The position numbers and the translations under genes are program-made. Of a stretch of 36,519 nucleotides of DNA, positions 34,371-36,519 are shown piece by piece. The stretch is from Octopus bimaculoides. Lineage: Eukaryota. Every line of letters starts with the position of its first letter. Position 1 is the stretch's first letter. The notes below the pieces were generated by a model. That model was given only the letters and a program-made list of their open reading frames with translations. It had not been told where the DNA came from and did no database searches. The stretch covers positions 1,297,702-1,334,220 of the forward strand of contig NC_068986.1 of NCBI RefSeq assembly GCF_001194135.2, given 5' to 3'.

Positions 34371-34749
34371 AGCTCAGCAGCTCTTGCTCTTGCTCAATGG
34401 GGCTGGAAACATCCCAGTGGTCTTCTTGTGCATAGAACCAACCAGATCCATCTGGTTTGTACTGAGTGCTTTTTAACTGGGATCAGCAGCAGGGAAGTCA
34501 CTAAGTAACTTGTAAGACAAGAACATTCAGCTGAGAGTGAGGTGACTTTGTGCCAGTTGAGGAGAAGGCAGAGTATGACTGAGAGACAGAAAAAAGTTGT
34601 CTTGCTGTATCTATAATCAAAACATGGACCAATAAGATACAGTTATGATATTCTCCGTATTTCACAAATTAATAATAATAATCATTATTAGAAAAAATAT
34701 AAAGCAAAAAATGGGTTGATTAAATGTAATGCATATTAGATTATTGAAC

Positions 34750-35010
34750 ATCATCATCATCATTATCATCATTTAATGTTCGCTCTCTATGCTGGCATGG
34801 GTTGGACGGTTTGACATGGTGCTGGCTAGCAGAGAGTTGTCCAGGCTCCAGCTGTTTGTTGTGACATAGTTTCTATGGCTGGATGCCCTTCCTATCATGC
34901 CAACCACTTTTCAGAGTGTGCTGGACGCTTTTTATGTGCCACTGGCATGGGTTCATTAATGCAGCACCAGCATGGATGCTTTTTAAGTGGCACCAGCATC
35001 TGAAAGGACA
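34750..35010 (-). mobile_element. RTE-tail-type repeat
   Basis: (atc)n, then atgctggcatgggttggacggtttg...ctggatgcccttcctatcatgccaaccact. Confidence 0.82.
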
Positions 35011-35429
35011 AACTTGTATGTGTGGAAGACAGCAAAAACACAAAGTCAACATTTCCAAAAACAGAGACACATATAACTTATATGTAATACAACCTATATG
35101 CAATTTAATTGTGGTATGTTTTATATCAAAATTCTTTTTATGTAAAAACTTTATTTATAGTTGACAAAAGTAAGTGAGAATTTTATGCACCTTTTGTAAT
35201 AACTTATTGCAATATATTAAAAATAACATGTGAAAAATATATTCAAGTCTTCATAGATTTTTATAACCATGTTTTTCTATGGCTAAAAGATAATGGCAGG
35301 AGACAATATGACTGTTGACTCTTGTATTCATTAAAGACATGTGTTCTATGAAAAGCAGAGCGTTTCATGCCAGGTGTCAAAGAAACTTATAACAATGTCC
35401 TAATACTATTAATGTAATTATGTTTCATT

Positions 35430-35590
35430 CTTTTATGCTCTTACTGGTTTTGGTCATTAGACAACAGTCATGACGGAATTCTGCCTTCAAGTGCTTCAGT
35501 CGATTATATTGATCCCAGTATTTACTTTAAGCTTGGGACTTATTTTATTGATTTCTGTTTATTGAATCATTAAGTTGTAGGATATAAAGG
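35430..35590 (-). mobile_element. SINE family 1 3' part, decayed
   Basis: ttactggttttggtcatt...gtcgattatattgatcccagta...gggacttattttattg, antisense to 15600-15706. Confidence 0.6.
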
Positions 35591-35811
35591 AATATAAAAT
35601 ATGCATTTTTATACTGTTTTTATACTGGGATAAACATAATCGTGGAAATCTACATGCATATGTTTGTTTTAAGGCAAAAGCACTACGTACTCAATAGATA
35701 CATGCATTAGAACAATGTAGAATATGGTGTATTTGATGTACTTAAACTTGGGATTGTTTTTTCATACCCACTCATAATAGTGTGTGCGTCTGTGTTAATA
35801 AGTATTTATGA

Positions 35812-35856
<45 letters not shown>

Positions 35857-35904
35857 AATATATGTGTATATATATGATGATGAATATGTGCATGTGCGTG
35901 TAAG

Positions 35905-35949
<45 letters not shown>

Positions 35950-36442
35950 TTATGTATTTGTTTTGCAAGATCCTCGATGGGAAATCATGTGTTGAAACAG
36001 TTATTGTTATATTTGTGGATGGTAATCTTTTACCAATTAACCACATACAATATTCATTTGAACTTCACTTTGGTTTTATTATTATAATCATTACTTTAGT
36101 TGTCAGAGTTCTTTCTTCACACATACGGTGACCTATTCAGTGACTTTCTGTTCCTCATGTATCTTCTTCTCTCTGGTCTCGGCCTGTCTATTCCATTTTG
36201 TCGTTCTTTGAGAAAATAAATAAACTGATTCTAATAATTGCAATAAAATTAAAGTGAAGATCGAATAGTGCATGTGTGTATGTCTTTAATTGGCAAAAAA
36301 CACCTATCCCCAAATATCATGAGGGGAGATTCTTACGGTAGTAGAAAAGGAATTTTTAACACCTTTTTTCTAAATTCAGTATGTGGTGAAGCAATTAGAT
36401 GACCCCTGATTATAATTATGTTTATAATTATGGAATATTTGT

Positions 36443-36475
<33 letters not shown>

Positions 36476-36486
36476 CACACACATGC

Positions 36487-36519
<33 letters not shown>

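Noticed and set aside
1-36519. CRISPR array or prokaryotic/viral system
   Set aside because: No regularly spaced repeat-spacer units or operon-like ORF density; the sequence is animal repeat-rich non-coding DNA.

Overview
AT-rich, microsatellite-dense animal non-coding DNA with seven N-gaps. The repeat families (tRNA-derived SINEs with internal (TG)n/(TA)n tracts, RTE LINE tails ending in (GAT)n) look like an octopus-type cephalopod genome; this is inferred, not verified. No intact gene is present. The long ORFs in the track only run through N-gaps or microsatellites. By hand translation the window holds many decayed mobile elements: a Penelope-like element (RT plus GIY-YIG) with a decayed hammerhead-like motif at its 3' end, an R4/Dong-like RT, several RTE fragments, a Tigger/pogo transposase, a mariner 5' half, a mariner MITE, three hAT-type elements and two SINE families. 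The most unusual feature is a young, CpG-rich ~345-nt unit seen twice (14977-15310 and 28928-29173) in opposite orientation and circularly permuted order. It looks like an RTE 5'UTR-derived unit that spreads as head-to-tail multimers, which is retrozyme-like behaviour, but I could not find a canonical ribozyme in it. A few possible host exons are listed at low confidence.
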